Positions 27,525 to 37,616 of a stretch of DNA of 64,000 nucleotides are shown piece after piece. The notes under the pieces are model-generated. The model had not been told where the DNA came from and did no database searches. It saw nothing but the letters and a program-made list of their open reading frames with translations. The position numbers were made by a program, and so were the translations under genes. Numbering within the stretch: position 1 is the stretch's first letter; each line of letters starts with the position of its first letter. The stretch is from Minisyncoccota bacterium (lineage in GTDB: Bacteria > Patescibacteriota > Minisyncoccia > Phycocordibacterales > UBA9973): contig JBAZSF010000003.1 of the NCBI GenBank assembly GCA_041662525.1, positions 14,187 to 78,186 on the forward strand. Direction: 5' to 3'.

Positions 27525-30110
27525 CTAAGGATTTGGGACTTCGGGTGCTGGTATTGGATCTAATACTATCTCTGGTGCTGGAGCAGGTACTGGATCTGGT
27601 TCTAATGCAGGTTCTGGGTCTGTTACGGGCTCTGGTGCTGGCTCTGGATCTGGTGCTGGTGTAGGTGTAGGGACCGAAGGTCCTGAGCCTGTAGGCGAAG
27701 GATGTGCGAGCAAAAGCAAATTGTGAATATCATCTTTGGTTAAACATTCACCATCTACGCAGATTTTCTCCTTAGCGTTAAATACATTGGCAAAAACATC
27801 TGTCACCCCATTCGTAGCATCCGCTAGCCATGTGCCGATGACAACCTTAACATTAGTAAAGAATGCTGTCACAAAAGTTTCAGAGGGAGATCCAGACAAC
27901 GGAGTAATAGTGCCAGCAACAGAATCTAAATTTAAATTAAGCTCTTTGATTGCTTGGATCGAGAGCATTTGTAGAGCGACTCCATAGTTCACCGTCTTAT
28001 AACCTTTGTCATCCATACCTACCAACTCTGGGAAAACATTTTGCACTTCGTCTGCAATGAGGCCATAGACTCGACCAGTACCAAAACCACGATCTAGAAA
28101 TTCATCCGCTCGCCAAGAATATGTTACTGGGTTAAGCTCCGTAATTTTTAAAAGAGTTCCTGAAAGAGAAGTAATATCTTTTTTGAGTTTAATGTCTGAA
28201 GAACAAGAACCGACTAGAGCAGCTCCATCGAAACCTTGAAGACAACCATTGGTGCCAGAAGTTCCAACTCGGATATCTCCGACGACTACGAGCTTGTTTG
28301 TTGTCGGACTCGTCGTCCCGATGCCGACGTTACCATTCAGGATCGTATATCCAGTTCCCGCTGGAGTTATGACTACGTTCAGATTATCTACGCCTGTCCC
28401 GGCGGTTTCTGCGGTCAAGTTGACGCTCGTACCCGCAACCCCAGTCAAAGACATCCGCTCATAATTTGAGGAGTTGGTATAGGTATTATACAAACGATAT
28501 ATTGTTTGGTTAACACCATTTCTTTGGGCTAGGGTATTGGCTAGTTCATTCATATATAAATATGAGGTACTCGCATAGCTTAAAAATGGACCATATAATG
28601 CAGTATTGCTTTTTATGATGGCATTCACACTTAAATCATATCCAGCATTTGAAGCAGGTGTATTTATTCCTACTCTTCCTTGTGGGTTTATATCAATAAC
28701 CTTCGTCCCAGCCAGAGAGTAAAGTCCATTTGCGATCTTAATTTTGCCTAGTACGGATATGTCACCAGTACCCGGAGTCAATTCTTTCACGCTCAACGAA
28801 GTTATTATCGTGGTTCCAGAGCCACTATTGTAAGCATTGAGGACAATCTTAGCTGTACTTGTTGCGGTTACATAGTCAGTGAAAGTGGCAGCTGTCAATG
28901 GTTCTCTTGCACTTACACCACCAAGATTTAAATAAGAATATGTCATAACAGAAGAAACTGTATATGTTATTTTATAAGTCCTTCCAGCAGTTACAGCGAA
29001 AGTTCCAGCTGGAGTAAGTGTACCCGTGCCAACAGTGCAAGTTAATTGCCCACCACCAGCACTGCAAGTGCCAGTTGCCGTCCAGTTAGCCGCCTCCAAA
29101 GCTGGCGCCATCTCTGGCCCCTCAGTCGCGTTGATTCCAATGCTTCCACCAGACGTTGACGAACCGATGTCCAGTGTGTTACCCGGACTCGTCGTCCCGA
29201 TCCCGACTTTGCCACCCTTGAAATAAATACCAGCAGTTGAAGACGGCCCGATCCAAGATTCAGCGAGTGTAGTAAGGGGATTAATTGAAGTAGAGTTGAT
29301 AATACCACCGGTCATGGTTCCACCTGCAAGTGGTAGATATGCAGTAGAAGTAAATGCATTCGTCCCTAAAGTTCCCCCACCAGCTGGAATGGTGAGAGTG
29401 GATCCAATATCTGAAAAAGTCAAAGTGCCTGCTCCGCCGTTGACGGTTAACGCGGTAGTGAAAGTGGCATTGGAAACTGCTACTGCTGTGCCATTGTAAG
29501 CAAGAAAGTCAGTCGTCGCGCTGTTGGCAGCTGAACCGAAAGTGCGGTAAGCGACAAAGTCCCCAGTGTCGTTGTCCGCTGCGGATCCAAAAGTACGATA
29601 AGCCAAGACATCCGTACCAATGACTAAACCTAAAGTAGTGGGAGTGACCGCCGCCGCGGCACCAGAGACATCATAGGCACTACTGTCTGTAAAGGCAGCG
29701 GTGCCAAGTAATCCAGTGACTGAATTTAAATTGATAATGGAAGCAGTTAAGCCAGTGAGGTTCGTAGCCGTCGCCGCATTCCCTGTCGTGTCTTGATTGA
29801 AAGTTGGGAAAGAAGTGAGGAGAGCGGCGGAGCCGTTGGGTGCGAGATAGGTGGAATTGTCGTAAGAAATAGTGGTGCCGGATATTTTAACAAAACCGGT
29901 ACCACTTAAGGCAGTTTGTGCAGGCAAAACATCACAATCAACTTGTGATGGTAAACATTCTGGATTATTTGTTTCTCCTGGGTTATAAGGAGTACCATCC
30001 CAAACTGCGAAAGCTATACTTGAAAAAAAATAAAAAAATACAACAAAAATAAACAGAATAGTTATTTTTTTGTTTAATCGAATTTTCATTTTTAACCAAT
30101 ATTTTACCAT
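27525..30110 (-). CDS. large secreted surface protein with tail-fibre-type intramolecular chaperone (peptidase S74-like) domain and Pro-rich C-terminus
   Basis: N-terminal signal/TM. SDIKLKKDITSLSGTLLKITELNPVTYSW...GLIADEVQNVFPELV...GYKTVNYGVALQMLSIQAIKEL matches the phage tail-fibre/endosialidase chaperone domain. The C-terminus is PAPDPEPAPEP repeats. GC is elevated. Confidence 0.6.
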   Translation of the reverse strand: MVKYWLKMKIRLNKKITILFIFVVFFYFFSSIAFAVWDGTPYNPGETNNPECLPSQVDCDVLPAQTALSGTGFVKISGTTISYDNSTYLAPNGSAALLTSFPTFNQDTTGNAATATNLTGLTASIINLNSVTGLLGTAAFTDSSAYDVSGAAAAVTPTTLGLVIGTDVLAYRTFGSAADNDTGDFVAYRTFGSAANSATTDFLAYNGTAVAVSNATFTTALTVNGGAGTLTFSDIGSTLTIPAGGGTLGTNAFTSTAYLPLAGGTMTGGIINSTSINPLTTLAESWIGPSSTAGIYFKGGKVGIGTTSPGNTLDIGSSTSGGSIGINATEGPEMAPALEAANWTATGTCSAGGGQLTCTVGTGTLTPAGTFAVTAGRTYKITYTVSSVMTYSYLNLGGVSAREPLTAATFTDYVTATSTAKIVLNAYNSGSGTTIITSLSVKELTPGTGDISVLGKIKIANGLYSLAGTKVIDINPQGRVGINTPASNAGYDLSVNAIIKSNTALYGPFLSYASTSYLYMNELANTLAQRNGVNQTIYRLYNTYTNSSNYERMSLTGVAGTSVNLTAETAGTGVDNLNVVITPAGTGYTILNGNVGIGTTSPTTNKLVVVGDIRVGTSGTNGCLQGFDGAALVGSCSSDIKLKKDITSLSGTLLKITELNPVTYSWRADEFLDRGFGTGRVYGLIADEVQNVFPELVGMDDKGYKTVNYGVALQMLSIQAIKELNLNLDSVAGTITPLSGSPSETFVTAFFTNVKVVIGTWLADATNGVTDVFANVFNAKEKICVDGECLTKDDIHNLLLLAHPSPTGSGPSVPTPTPAPDPEPAPEPVTDPEPALEPDPVPAPAPEIVLDPIPAPEVPNP

Positions 30111-30139
30111 ATAATTATACTACAAATCAGATCAAAATA

Positions 30140-31372
30140 TCATCCAATATCTTTAATATTTTTAGTAATAATTTTTTCAGTGGAATCGATGTCTTTCTTT
30201 AGTTCTTCTATGTTTACACGCTCCACAGAATTTACTATTCTCCCCGCCCTATCAGCTAAATCACTACGCAAGAAATTAAATGATTGATTTATGACATTTT
30301 CAGCTTCATCTAATTTATTTTTGGTTAATTTATTAATATTTTTATTTTTTATAAAATAAAAATAAGTTTGCGTGATCAAATTTAGGATCAAAATAATTAT
30401 AGTTATAATAAATAACCACATTTCAAAAGAAACATTAAAGATGATATTATCGATTTTTATAATAATTGCATTCGATGCTTCACTATTTGTTTTATCTTCT
30501 TGAATCATTGTTGCGGTAACGGCATAGGAGCTAGGTTTTAATGAATTGGGAACTAAAATATTAAAATTACCATTCATATCTGCCACACCAAGAACAAGTA
30601 TTTTTGTTCCATCTTGAGAAACAAATGTTAAAAGCACTTGCGCTTGCGGATAACCTGAAGAACCGACTACAAACACCGCACCATCTTTTATTTCAGATAT
30701 AATTTCCGGAGCTTGCGGAATAGGTAACGGTTCCGACACTTCTAGTGTTGTTTCTGGTATTATTTCTGTTACTATTTTGGGTGTTGTTTTTGGTGCTGTT
30801 TTGGGTGTAATTTTTGGTACTGATATTGATGTAGGATTTGTCGGAGTTGAAATTGGAGGAATTGTTGTTTTTTTAATATATATTGTGGCACCAGTTAAAT
30901 TTCCTGTAATATCTGTTCCTAAACCATCATTTTCCCGAACATTTCCATTAGCAAAAACGATAGAGGCTGTTCCTTGTTTTTTAACTTTAAAAGTAACTGA
31001 AAGTACATTACCATTCTGTCCGACAAAACCTGGAGTCGGCAATCCTCCATTAAAAGTAATTTGGCCGGCATTGCTTGAAAAACTTGGCTCTTCTACCCAT
31101 AAAGAAAAAATTGAAGAAGTTTTTTGTAGGGAGAGAACTTCAAGCATATCTGCGGGAAATTGGATTATTCCCTCCACATTATTGATTGACTTACCTAAAG
31201 TATTCACATTTATTTTCATAGTAATAGTGTCGCCAACAAAAACATTTAGAGTGTTAGGTGAAATAGATAAATTTGCAGCATGAGTTTTATGTGGGATAAG
31301 AAAACTTAATGCTAAAAACATAATTGTAAATATTTTATTTTGAACAGACAACTTTAAAATTTTATTTTTCAT
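30140..31372 (-). CDS. cohesin-domain surface protein with C-terminal TM
   Basis: A signal peptide, then NLSISPNTLNVFVGDTITMKINVNT...VEGIIQFPADMLEVLSL...GQITFNGGLP (cohesin-like). Confidence 0.6.
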   Translation of the reverse strand: MKNKILKLSVQNKIFTIMFLALSFLIPHKTHAANLSISPNTLNVFVGDTITMKINVNTLGKSINNVEGIIQFPADMLEVLSLQKTSSIFSLWVEEPSFSSNAGQITFNGGLPTPGFVGQNGNVLSVTFKVKKQGTASIVFANGNVRENDGLGTDITGNLTGATIYIKKTTIPPISTPTNPTSISVPKITPKTAPKTTPKIVTEIIPETTLEVSEPLPIPQAPEIISEIKDGAVFVVGSSGYPQAQVLLTFVSQDGTKILVLGVADMNGNFNILVPNSLKPSSYAVTATMIQEDKTNSEASNAIIIKIDNIIFNVSFEMWLFIITIIILILNLITQTYFYFIKNKNINKLTKNKLDEAENVINQSFNFLRSDLADRAGRIVNSVERVNIEELKKDIDSTEKIITKNIKDIG

Positions 31373-31991
31373 TTTTTTTACTTCTAAACTTTATGAATAA
31401 TCTAGCTCCAATAAACAAAATACTTAAAATTAATATAAACATTCCCACATATCTAACAAAATGATTTATTTTCTCATGGATAGATAAGGATATCGGTTTT
31501 AACCATGGATTTATTTTTGTTCCCTTTCCATCATTTGCAAAAATAGAAAAAATATCTTTAAAACCAATCAAGGCAGAACCCTCTTTTTTAGCAAGGAAAT
31601 TAATTCTCAAAATTTGTCCATCTTTGCCAAGAAAACCATCCGGTGACCCCCCAGTAAAACTTAATTCTCCTGTTTCATTATTAAAAACTGGCTCTTTAAT
31701 CCAAAGAGAAAACAAAGAATTGTTTATTTTTACTTCTTTTATCTCTAATTTGTTTTTATCGTAAATGATTGTCCCATCTATAGCGTTTATCGTTTCCGTC
31801 GAAGAAATTTTTAAATCTGCCAAGAATATATTACCTTTTTCAATCTCTTTCAGATCTTTTTGAAAATAAATTTCAGTAACAGCATGAGAAAGTGGTGTGA
31901 AAGAAAAGAAAAATAAAAAAGACACTAGGATTGTAAGCAAAATTTTTATTCTTTTGTTTATTTTTTTTATCATATAGTCCTTCTGCCCCAC
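31362..31991 (-). CDS. cohesin-domain protein with C-terminal TM anchor
   Basis: Same cohesin-like motif set (AIDGTIIYDKNKLEIKEV...GELSFTGGSP); overlaps its neighbours, consistent with an operon. Confidence 0.6.
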   Translation of the reverse strand: MGQKDYMIKKINKRIKILLTILVSFLFFFSFTPLSHAVTEIYFQKDLKEIEKGNIFLADLKISSTETINAIDGTIIYDKNKLEIKEVKINNSLFSLWIKEPVFNNETGELSFTGGSPDGFLGKDGQILRINFLAKKEGSALIGFKDIFSIFANDGKGTKINPWLKPISLSIHEKINHFVRYVGMFILILSILFIGARLFIKFRSKKNEK

Positions 31992-33010
31992 TCTGAGAGC
32001 ATAATAGAAAATTCAACTGAATTAACCTTTCCGTCTTTATCAATGTCTACATAAATATTGTTGAACGGAGGGTTCTTTTTCCAAAAATAAAGTAAAATAG
32101 AAAAATCAACTGAATCTACTATATGGTCGTGACTAAAGTCTGCTTTATCATAATGGATCTCGCTTACCAACGGTAATGTTCCACTATCGCCTCCGCTTCC
32201 ACCACCACCTCCACCACCAGCAATAGTAGTAAATACTTGCGAAGCTACAGAATAACTTTCTCCAAAAGCTACTTTTAATTTAAAATAATAAGTCCCCATG
32301 CTTGGCACTGTAGCAATTTTATCTGTAGTCCAACTTTCTCCAGATACAATTAATTTTGCTGCTGAAGAATAAAAAATATCATCACCACTCCCACAAGGAT
32401 TATCTATACCAGAAACAACACACCATTCATATTGATATTCTGTATCAATAGACCCTTCATTTGTTATTGTAATATTTGCAGAGACTGAAGGAATAATATT
32501 ATCAGTAATTGAATTTATTAATACCTCAGCTGGAGATTCTCGTAAAGAACATTGAAGCCAATCTGTAGAAACACCACAATTATCACAACTAAAATTAATT
32601 CTTCCCGCTTTGGTTCCAGGGGTACCGGCCATTCCGGTAAATTGTCCAGCAGCATTAATTATTGCGCCAGAAAAATCTATCCAACCCAAAGATTTTGACC
32701 AAGCCTTACCACCTAATTCTCCTGCACAATTATTTGTTACTCCACTTTCATTTGGAGACAAATTAATCCATCCATATTGACGACTCCAGGCATATCCGCT
32801 CAATCCTGTATCTGTGATATGGACATTACAATTATCGCAACTAAAATTAATCCAACCTAAATTTTCACCAAAAGCAAACTGAGCACTAGGAGAAATTATT
32901 CCATTAGTTTCAGAGGCAAAAATATAAGAAGCAGAAAAAAATAGTAAGACGAAAAGTCCCAAAGTGAAAAATCTTTTTACAAGTATCCTAAGAGTATTTC
33001 TATGTTTCAT
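31970..33010 (-). CDS. secreted protein with Gly-rich linker and C-terminal dockerin-like repeats
   Basis: GGGGGGSGGDSG linker; DIDKDGKVNSVEFSIML and HDHIVDSVDFSILL dockerin-type Ca-binding repeats. Confidence 0.5.
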   Translation of the reverse strand: MKHRNTLRILVKRFFTLGLFVLLFFSASYIFASETNGIISPSAQFAFGENLGWINFSCDNCNVHITDTGLSGYAWSRQYGWINLSPNESGVTNNCAGELGGKAWSKSLGWIDFSGAIINAAGQFTGMAGTPGTKAGRINFSCDNCGVSTDWLQCSLRESPAEVLINSITDNIIPSVSANITITNEGSIDTEYQYEWCVVSGIDNPCGSGDDIFYSSAAKLIVSGESWTTDKIATVPSMGTYYFKLKVAFGESYSVASQVFTTIAGGGGGGGSGGDSGTLPLVSEIHYDKADFSHDHIVDSVDFSILLYFWKKNPPFNNIYVDIDKDGKVNSVEFSIMLSEWGRRTI

Positions 33011-33091
33011 TTTTCCTATTAAGACCTCTATATTATATCAATATAGCTCGTATTATAAAAGAAATTTAGAAATAAATATGGGGATAAATAT

Positions 33092-34405
33092 CTACTTCAA
33101 ATATCTCTTTAAAAATTCTTCTTTAAATTCAAAAAAGTTGTCATCCAGAATAGATTGACGAATTTTTTTGACTAAGTTTACTATAAAATACAAGTTATGA
33201 GTTGAAGCTAAGGTGCCGGCAAGCATTTCTTTGCCGTGAAAAAGGTGCGCAATGTATGCTCTGGTGTAATTCTTGCACGAATAACATTCGCAATCTTTTT
33301 CAATAGGCGCAAAATCGTCTCTATATTGAGTATTTAATATATGTATTTTCCCATTTTTTGTGTAAATTGTTCCATTCCTCCCAAGGCGTGTAGGTAAAAC
33401 ACAATCAAAGAGATCTACTCCATTTTCGATGCCCATAAACAAATCTTCTGGTTCACCTATGCCTAGCAAGTGACGAGGTTTTTCTTCTGGTAATATTTCA
33501 TTTACCCATTTTACCGCGGTAGACATGTCCTCTTTTGCAAAACTCCCACCAATACCAAAACCATCAAAGTCCAAACTACTAATGAATTTTGCAGATTGTT
33601 TACGTAGATTTTCATCTCTCCCGCCCTGTACAATGCCGAAAAGCGCTGTAGAAAATTCTCTTTTTTGGGGTGTCTCGCAGGCTGACGAGCCGAGAGGCAG
33701 CGCTGGGCTAGCAAGCCCAGACAGCGACCCCAAAGAAGAGGAATTTTCTCCAGCGCTTAATTTCTGATGCTCTCGCAAGCTTCTCTCTGCCCAACGATGC
33801 GTTCGCTCTAGGGCTTCTTCTTGATATTTTAAATCCTCCGTCGGACTAGTGCATTCGTCAAAAGCAAAAATTATATCCGCACCCAAATTGTGCTGAATCT
33901 GAATTGATTTTTCCGGAGTGATGTAATGAATAGATCCATCAAGATGCGATTTAAAAGAAACACCGTCTTGCCCTATTTTTGCTAAACGTGGCGCATCGCT
34001 ATCATCAAAACGCTCAGGAATTAAAAGTGACGGATCAGTAATTTTTAAAAGTTTGGATATATCTTTACCATAAGCGACACCTAAAGAAAAAACTTGAAAT
34101 CCTCCAGAGTCAGTCATTGTGGGTCCTTTCCAATTCATAAACTTCCCTATCCCCCCCGCCCCTCGCACTATTTCATCCCCTGGTTGTAAATATAGATGAT
34201 AAGTATTTCCGAGCACCACTTGTGTGCCGGCTTCCCTCACCTGTTCCGGATTTAAAGACTTTACTGTGGCCTTGGTCCCCACAGCCACAAAAGCCGGAGT
34301 ATGTATAACCCCATGCGGAGTCTCTAAAACTCCCACCCTCCCCAGACATGTTTTACCGGCTCCGCCTTTGCTATTCTTTAATTTTTTTTCTATTTTAAAT
34401 TGCAT
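33092..34405 (-). CDS. tgt: queuine tRNA-ribosyltransferase (tRNA-guanine transglycosylase) with an in-frame ~36-aa insertion
   Basis: GRVGVLETPHGVIHTPAFVAVGTKATVK, LFGIVQGG and a C-terminal Zn-binding CxCxxC...H. The extra segment SAGENSSSLGSLSGLASPALPLGSSACETPQKREFS is encoded by the palindromic element. Confidence 0.85.
   Translation of the reverse strand: MQFKIEKKLKNSKGGAGKTCLGRVGVLETPHGVIHTPAFVAVGTKATVKSLNPEQVREAGTQVVLGNTYHLYLQPGDEIVRGAGGIGKFMNWKGPTMTDSGGFQVFSLGVAYGKDISKLLKITDPSLLIPERFDDSDAPRLAKIGQDGVSFKSHLDGSIHYITPEKSIQIQHNLGADIIFAFDECTSPTEDLKYQEEALERTHRWAERSLREHQKLSAGENSSSLGSLSGLASPALPLGSSACETPQKREFSTALFGIVQGGRDENLRKQSAKFISSLDFDGFGIGGSFAKEDMSTAVKWVNEILPEEKPRHLLGIGEPEDLFMGIENGVDLFDCVLPTRLGRNGTIYTKNGKIHILNTQYRDDFAPIEKDCECYSCKNYTRAYIAHLFHGKEMLAGTLASTHNLYFIVNLVKKIRQSILDDNFFEFKEEFLKRYLK
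33641..33758. repeat. palindromic (MITE/RPE-like) element inserted in-frame in tgt
   Basis: About 30-bp imperfect inverted repeats aagcgctgtagaaaattctcttttttgggg and ccccaaagaagaggaattttctccagcgctt flank a GC-rich core that shares the 17-mer aggctgacgagccgaga with intergenic element copy 1. Confidence 0.65.
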
Positions 34406-34452
34406 TATTTACTACTGCTCCACACATTCGCATTACTATGCTCAGTATTTCC

Positions 34453-35250
34453 TCACCTTTGTTCGTCAACTTCCACAAATTTAAGCTCTTGGATGTTTAC
34501 TGGACTCACAAGCAATACCTTCGTAAAAGGATCTCGCGGATCAGAAATAATTGTTTCCACAATAGCCAAAACATATGGATTGATACCCGGCAAAACTACC
34601 TGATCCCCTTTTTGTAATATAAAATCTCTAGGCAAAATCATTTCAAAATTCCCTCCGCCTCGCCCGACTATCTCCAAAAAAGAGTCTTTGCCGGTGACGA
34701 CAACCTGTGTTTTTTCCCCAGCATTTGAAAACAAAACTACATTAGAGGAACTTTCGTAAACTAAATCCACTCGCCCAATAGGCACATTCCCAAAAGCGAA
34801 AACCATACCCCCTACTTTTATTCCCTGTGCTGTACCTGCATCAATAATCAACGTATCATAAACGCTCTGATTCGGTTTAGCTAAAATAGCTGCCAAAATC
34901 ATTTTTTTATTTTCATTTTTCCTGCCTAAAATTTCTTTTAATTTATTATTTTCATCAACCACCGAAAGATAATTCGCTCGATCAGCCGCACTATCTCTTA
35001 TTTGATCTTTTAAATTTTGGTTTTCTAAAAAAAGAGAATTTTTAGAAATAAAATACGCACCCAAACTTCCAAATTTTTCACCAACGTTCTGCCCCACAAC
35101 TAAAACAGGATGAAAAAATACTTGACTAACAGAAGAAAGTCCATCAAAAACACCAGACTTAAAATAAAATAAAATGATTAAAACAACAATACCCAGTGTG
35201 ATTTTAAAAATCTTATTTCTTTGTGTTTTTTTATCTAGGAGGTAGCTCAT
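34453..35250 (-). CDS. mreC: rod shape-determining protein MreC
   Basis: N-terminal TM, coiled coil, then a beta-rich domain; located downstream of mreB. Confidence 0.75.
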   Translation of the reverse strand: MSYLLDKKTQRNKIFKITLGIVVLIILFYFKSGVFDGLSSVSQVFFHPVLVVGQNVGEKFGSLGAYFISKNSLFLENQNLKDQIRDSAADRANYLSVVDENNKLKEILGRKNENKKMILAAILAKPNQSVYDTLIIDAGTAQGIKVGGMVFAFGNVPIGRVDLVYESSSNVVLFSNAGEKTQVVVTGKDSFLEIVGRGGGNFEMILPRDFILQKGDQVVLPGINPYVLAIVETIISDPRDPFTKVLLVSPVNIQELKFVEVDEQR

Positions 35251-36277
35251 CTTGATTGCCGATCAAAACATCTTTATAAAGTGGAAGATTATCCAAAATA
35301 ACTCCTGTCCCGCGGGCCACAGCAGAAAGTGGATCTTCAACAACATAAACTGGAATTTTAAGAACTTTTTGTAAAAGTTGGTTCAGTCCAGGAATTAAAG
35401 CTCCACCACCAGAGAGAGTAATTCCACGATGCATTATGTCTGACAAAATTTCCGGCGGAGTTGATTCCAACATGTCTTTTACACCCTCTACCAATCCTTT
35501 AATTGATAAAGAAATTGCTTCACGAATATCAGAATCTGTAACCACCACTTCACGAGGAAGACCAGTCAAAAGATCTCGCCCATGAACTTCCGTTTCCATA
35601 TATTCTCCAGGAATGACGGAACCTATAGCAATTTTAACCATTTCAGCCGTTCTTTCTCCAATCAAAATTTTAAATTCATCCCGCATATAAGAAATAATGT
35701 CATTGTTCAACCTATCACCAGCAATTTTTAAATTCTTTGATTTTACTATTCCCCCCAAAGAAATAACTGCGATATCCGTCGTTCCTCCGCCAATATCTAT
35801 AATCATCGAACCGACAGGATCTTTAATAGGAAGTCTTATCCCAATAGCAGCCGCCATCGGCTCTTCTACTAAAAAGACTTCTCTCGCTCCAGCAGAACGT
35901 GCAGCATCGTATACCGCCCGTGTCTCCACATTGGTGGTACCAGATGGTACCCCTACCAAGACTCTCGGCCGAGCTAATTTTTTAGATATTTTATCGGCTT
36001 TGTTTATTAAATAAGAAAGCATTTCTTCAGTAACTTCAAAATCAGAGATAACACCATCAACAAGAGGACGGATAGCTCTGATATGTCCTGGGGTACGCCC
36101 AAGCATTTCTTTGGCTTGTGTACCTACCGCCAAAATTTGGTTGGTCTTAATATTTACCGCTACGACAGACGGTTCATTGATTACGATCCCATGACCTTTT
36201 AAATATACCAAGGTATTGGAAGTACCTAAGTCTATTCCTATATCATTAGAAATTAATTTGTAAAATTTGTCGAACAT
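35231..36277 (-). CDS. mreB: rod shape-determining protein MreB
   Basis: IGIDLGTSNTLVY, actin-like ATPase motifs, 348 aa. Confidence 0.9.
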   Translation of the reverse strand: MFDKFYKLISNDIGIDLGTSNTLVYLKGHGIVINEPSVVAVNIKTNQILAVGTQAKEMLGRTPGHIRAIRPLVDGVISDFEVTEEMLSYLINKADKISKKLARPRVLVGVPSGTTNVETRAVYDAARSAGAREVFLVEEPMAAAIGIRLPIKDPVGSMIIDIGGGTTDIAVISLGGIVKSKNLKIAGDRLNNDIISYMRDEFKILIGERTAEMVKIAIGSVIPGEYMETEVHGRDLLTGLPREVVVTDSDIREAISLSIKGLVEGVKDMLESTPPEILSDIMHRGITLSGGGALIPGLNQLLQKVLKIPVYVVEDPLSAVARGTGVILDNLPLYKDVLIGNQDELPPR

Positions 36278-37557
36278 GTTTTTATTAATTCATCAAGTGT
36301 TACTATTTTTCCTTTTTCTTCTGTGCGTTTTTTTAACTCAATTCCCCCGTCTTTTATACTGCGCGTAGAAACAACTGCCCTAAAAGGAATACCCAGCAAA
36401 TCCGCATCAGAAAATTTTTCCCCAGCTGATACATTTGTACGATCATCAAACAAAACTTCAACACCTGCTTTTAATAAACTTTCATAAACTTTATCAGCCT
36501 CTTTTAAAACTATTTCGTCTTCCCCCAAAGCAAGAAGGTGTACTTTAAATGGCGCGATGGACTCAGGCCAAACTATGCCTTTATCGTCAGACAAAACTTC
36601 TACTACTGTTCCCATCAATCTTCCCAAACCAATACCATAACTGCCCATTACAACCAATTTTTCTTCTCCGTTTTCATCCTTATATTTAAGATCAAAGGGT
36701 GCTGAAAATTTTGTTCCAAGAGAAAAAATGTTGCCTACCTCCACCGCTCTTTTTTCAACTAAATTTTCTTTGTTTAGTTTAAGTTCTGATATGATCTCAT
36801 CATTATAAACTTCTTTATTTATAGCAATTCCTGAATTTTCATCCAAGTAAATAGTATCTTCGCCAACAGAAGTGATTGTTTGAAATTCATGAGAAAATTT
36901 TGAAAAACTGCCACCAGAAGCAAAAGTAATGTAAGTTAAATGCCCGATTCCAACTTTTTTGAAAATATTTTGATAGGCTGTTTTTGCCTTTTCATAAAAA
37001 ACATTATGTTCTTCCTCGTCCTTGGAAAAAGAATAAAGCGCCTTCCAATAAAACTCTCTTCCTCTCATAATTCCAGACTTGCTTCTCGTTTCATTTCTAA
37101 AAATATTTTTAAAATCGTATGGATAAATTGGCAAATCTTTATAAGAGCTCACATATTGCTTTAAAATGTTTGAATGAGCTTCTTCATTAGTAAAAGACAA
37201 ACCAACCTCCCCTCCATTTTTTAATTTTGTTTTAAACCAATTGTCTACAACTTCATCACTCCATCTATTAGATTTTTCCCACACTTCTTTATTTTGAAGG
37301 ACAGAAGTTCTCATCTCCATCCCGCCAATCTCATTCATTTCTTCTCTAATTATGTCTTCTACTTTATTTAAAACTCGTAAACCGAGTGGTAAAAATGAAT
37401 ATACACCGGCCATTTCTTTATGGATAAAACCACCCCTAATTAGAAGCTCTGCGTTTCTGGACGTCTCGTCCGCCGGCGCTTCTTTTCTCGTTTTAGTAAA
37501 AAGTTTAGATTGTCTCATATATAGAAACATCTTACTCGAAAAAAGCCCTTTGGTCAA
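36253..37557 (-). CDS. proS: proline--tRNA ligase
   Basis: MRQSKLFTKT...LLIRGGFI...GVYSFLPLG class II ProRS N-terminus. The true start is probably the internal Met at about 37518. Confidence 0.8.
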   Translation of the reverse strand: MTKGLFSSKMFLYMRQSKLFTKTRKEAPADETSRNAELLIRGGFIHKEMAGVYSFLPLGLRVLNKVEDIIREEMNEIGGMEMRTSVLQNKEVWEKSNRWSDEVVDNWFKTKLKNGGEVGLSFTNEEAHSNILKQYVSSYKDLPIYPYDFKNIFRNETRSKSGIMRGREFYWKALYSFSKDEEEHNVFYEKAKTAYQNIFKKVGIGHLTYITFASGGSFSKFSHEFQTITSVGEDTIYLDENSGIAINKEVYNDEIISELKLNKENLVEKRAVEVGNIFSLGTKFSAPFDLKYKDENGEEKLVVMGSYGIGLGRLMGTVVEVLSDDKGIVWPESIAPFKVHLLALGEDEIVLKEADKVYESLLKAGVEVLFDDRTNVSAGEKFSDADLLGIPFRAVVSTRSIKDGGIELKKRTEEKGKIVTLDELIKTCSTNFTN

Positions 37558-37616
37558 AGTTTACCTGCCGACAAGGCACGGTTGCAAAAAACAATTCTTT
37601 CTGCTATATTATCCAT

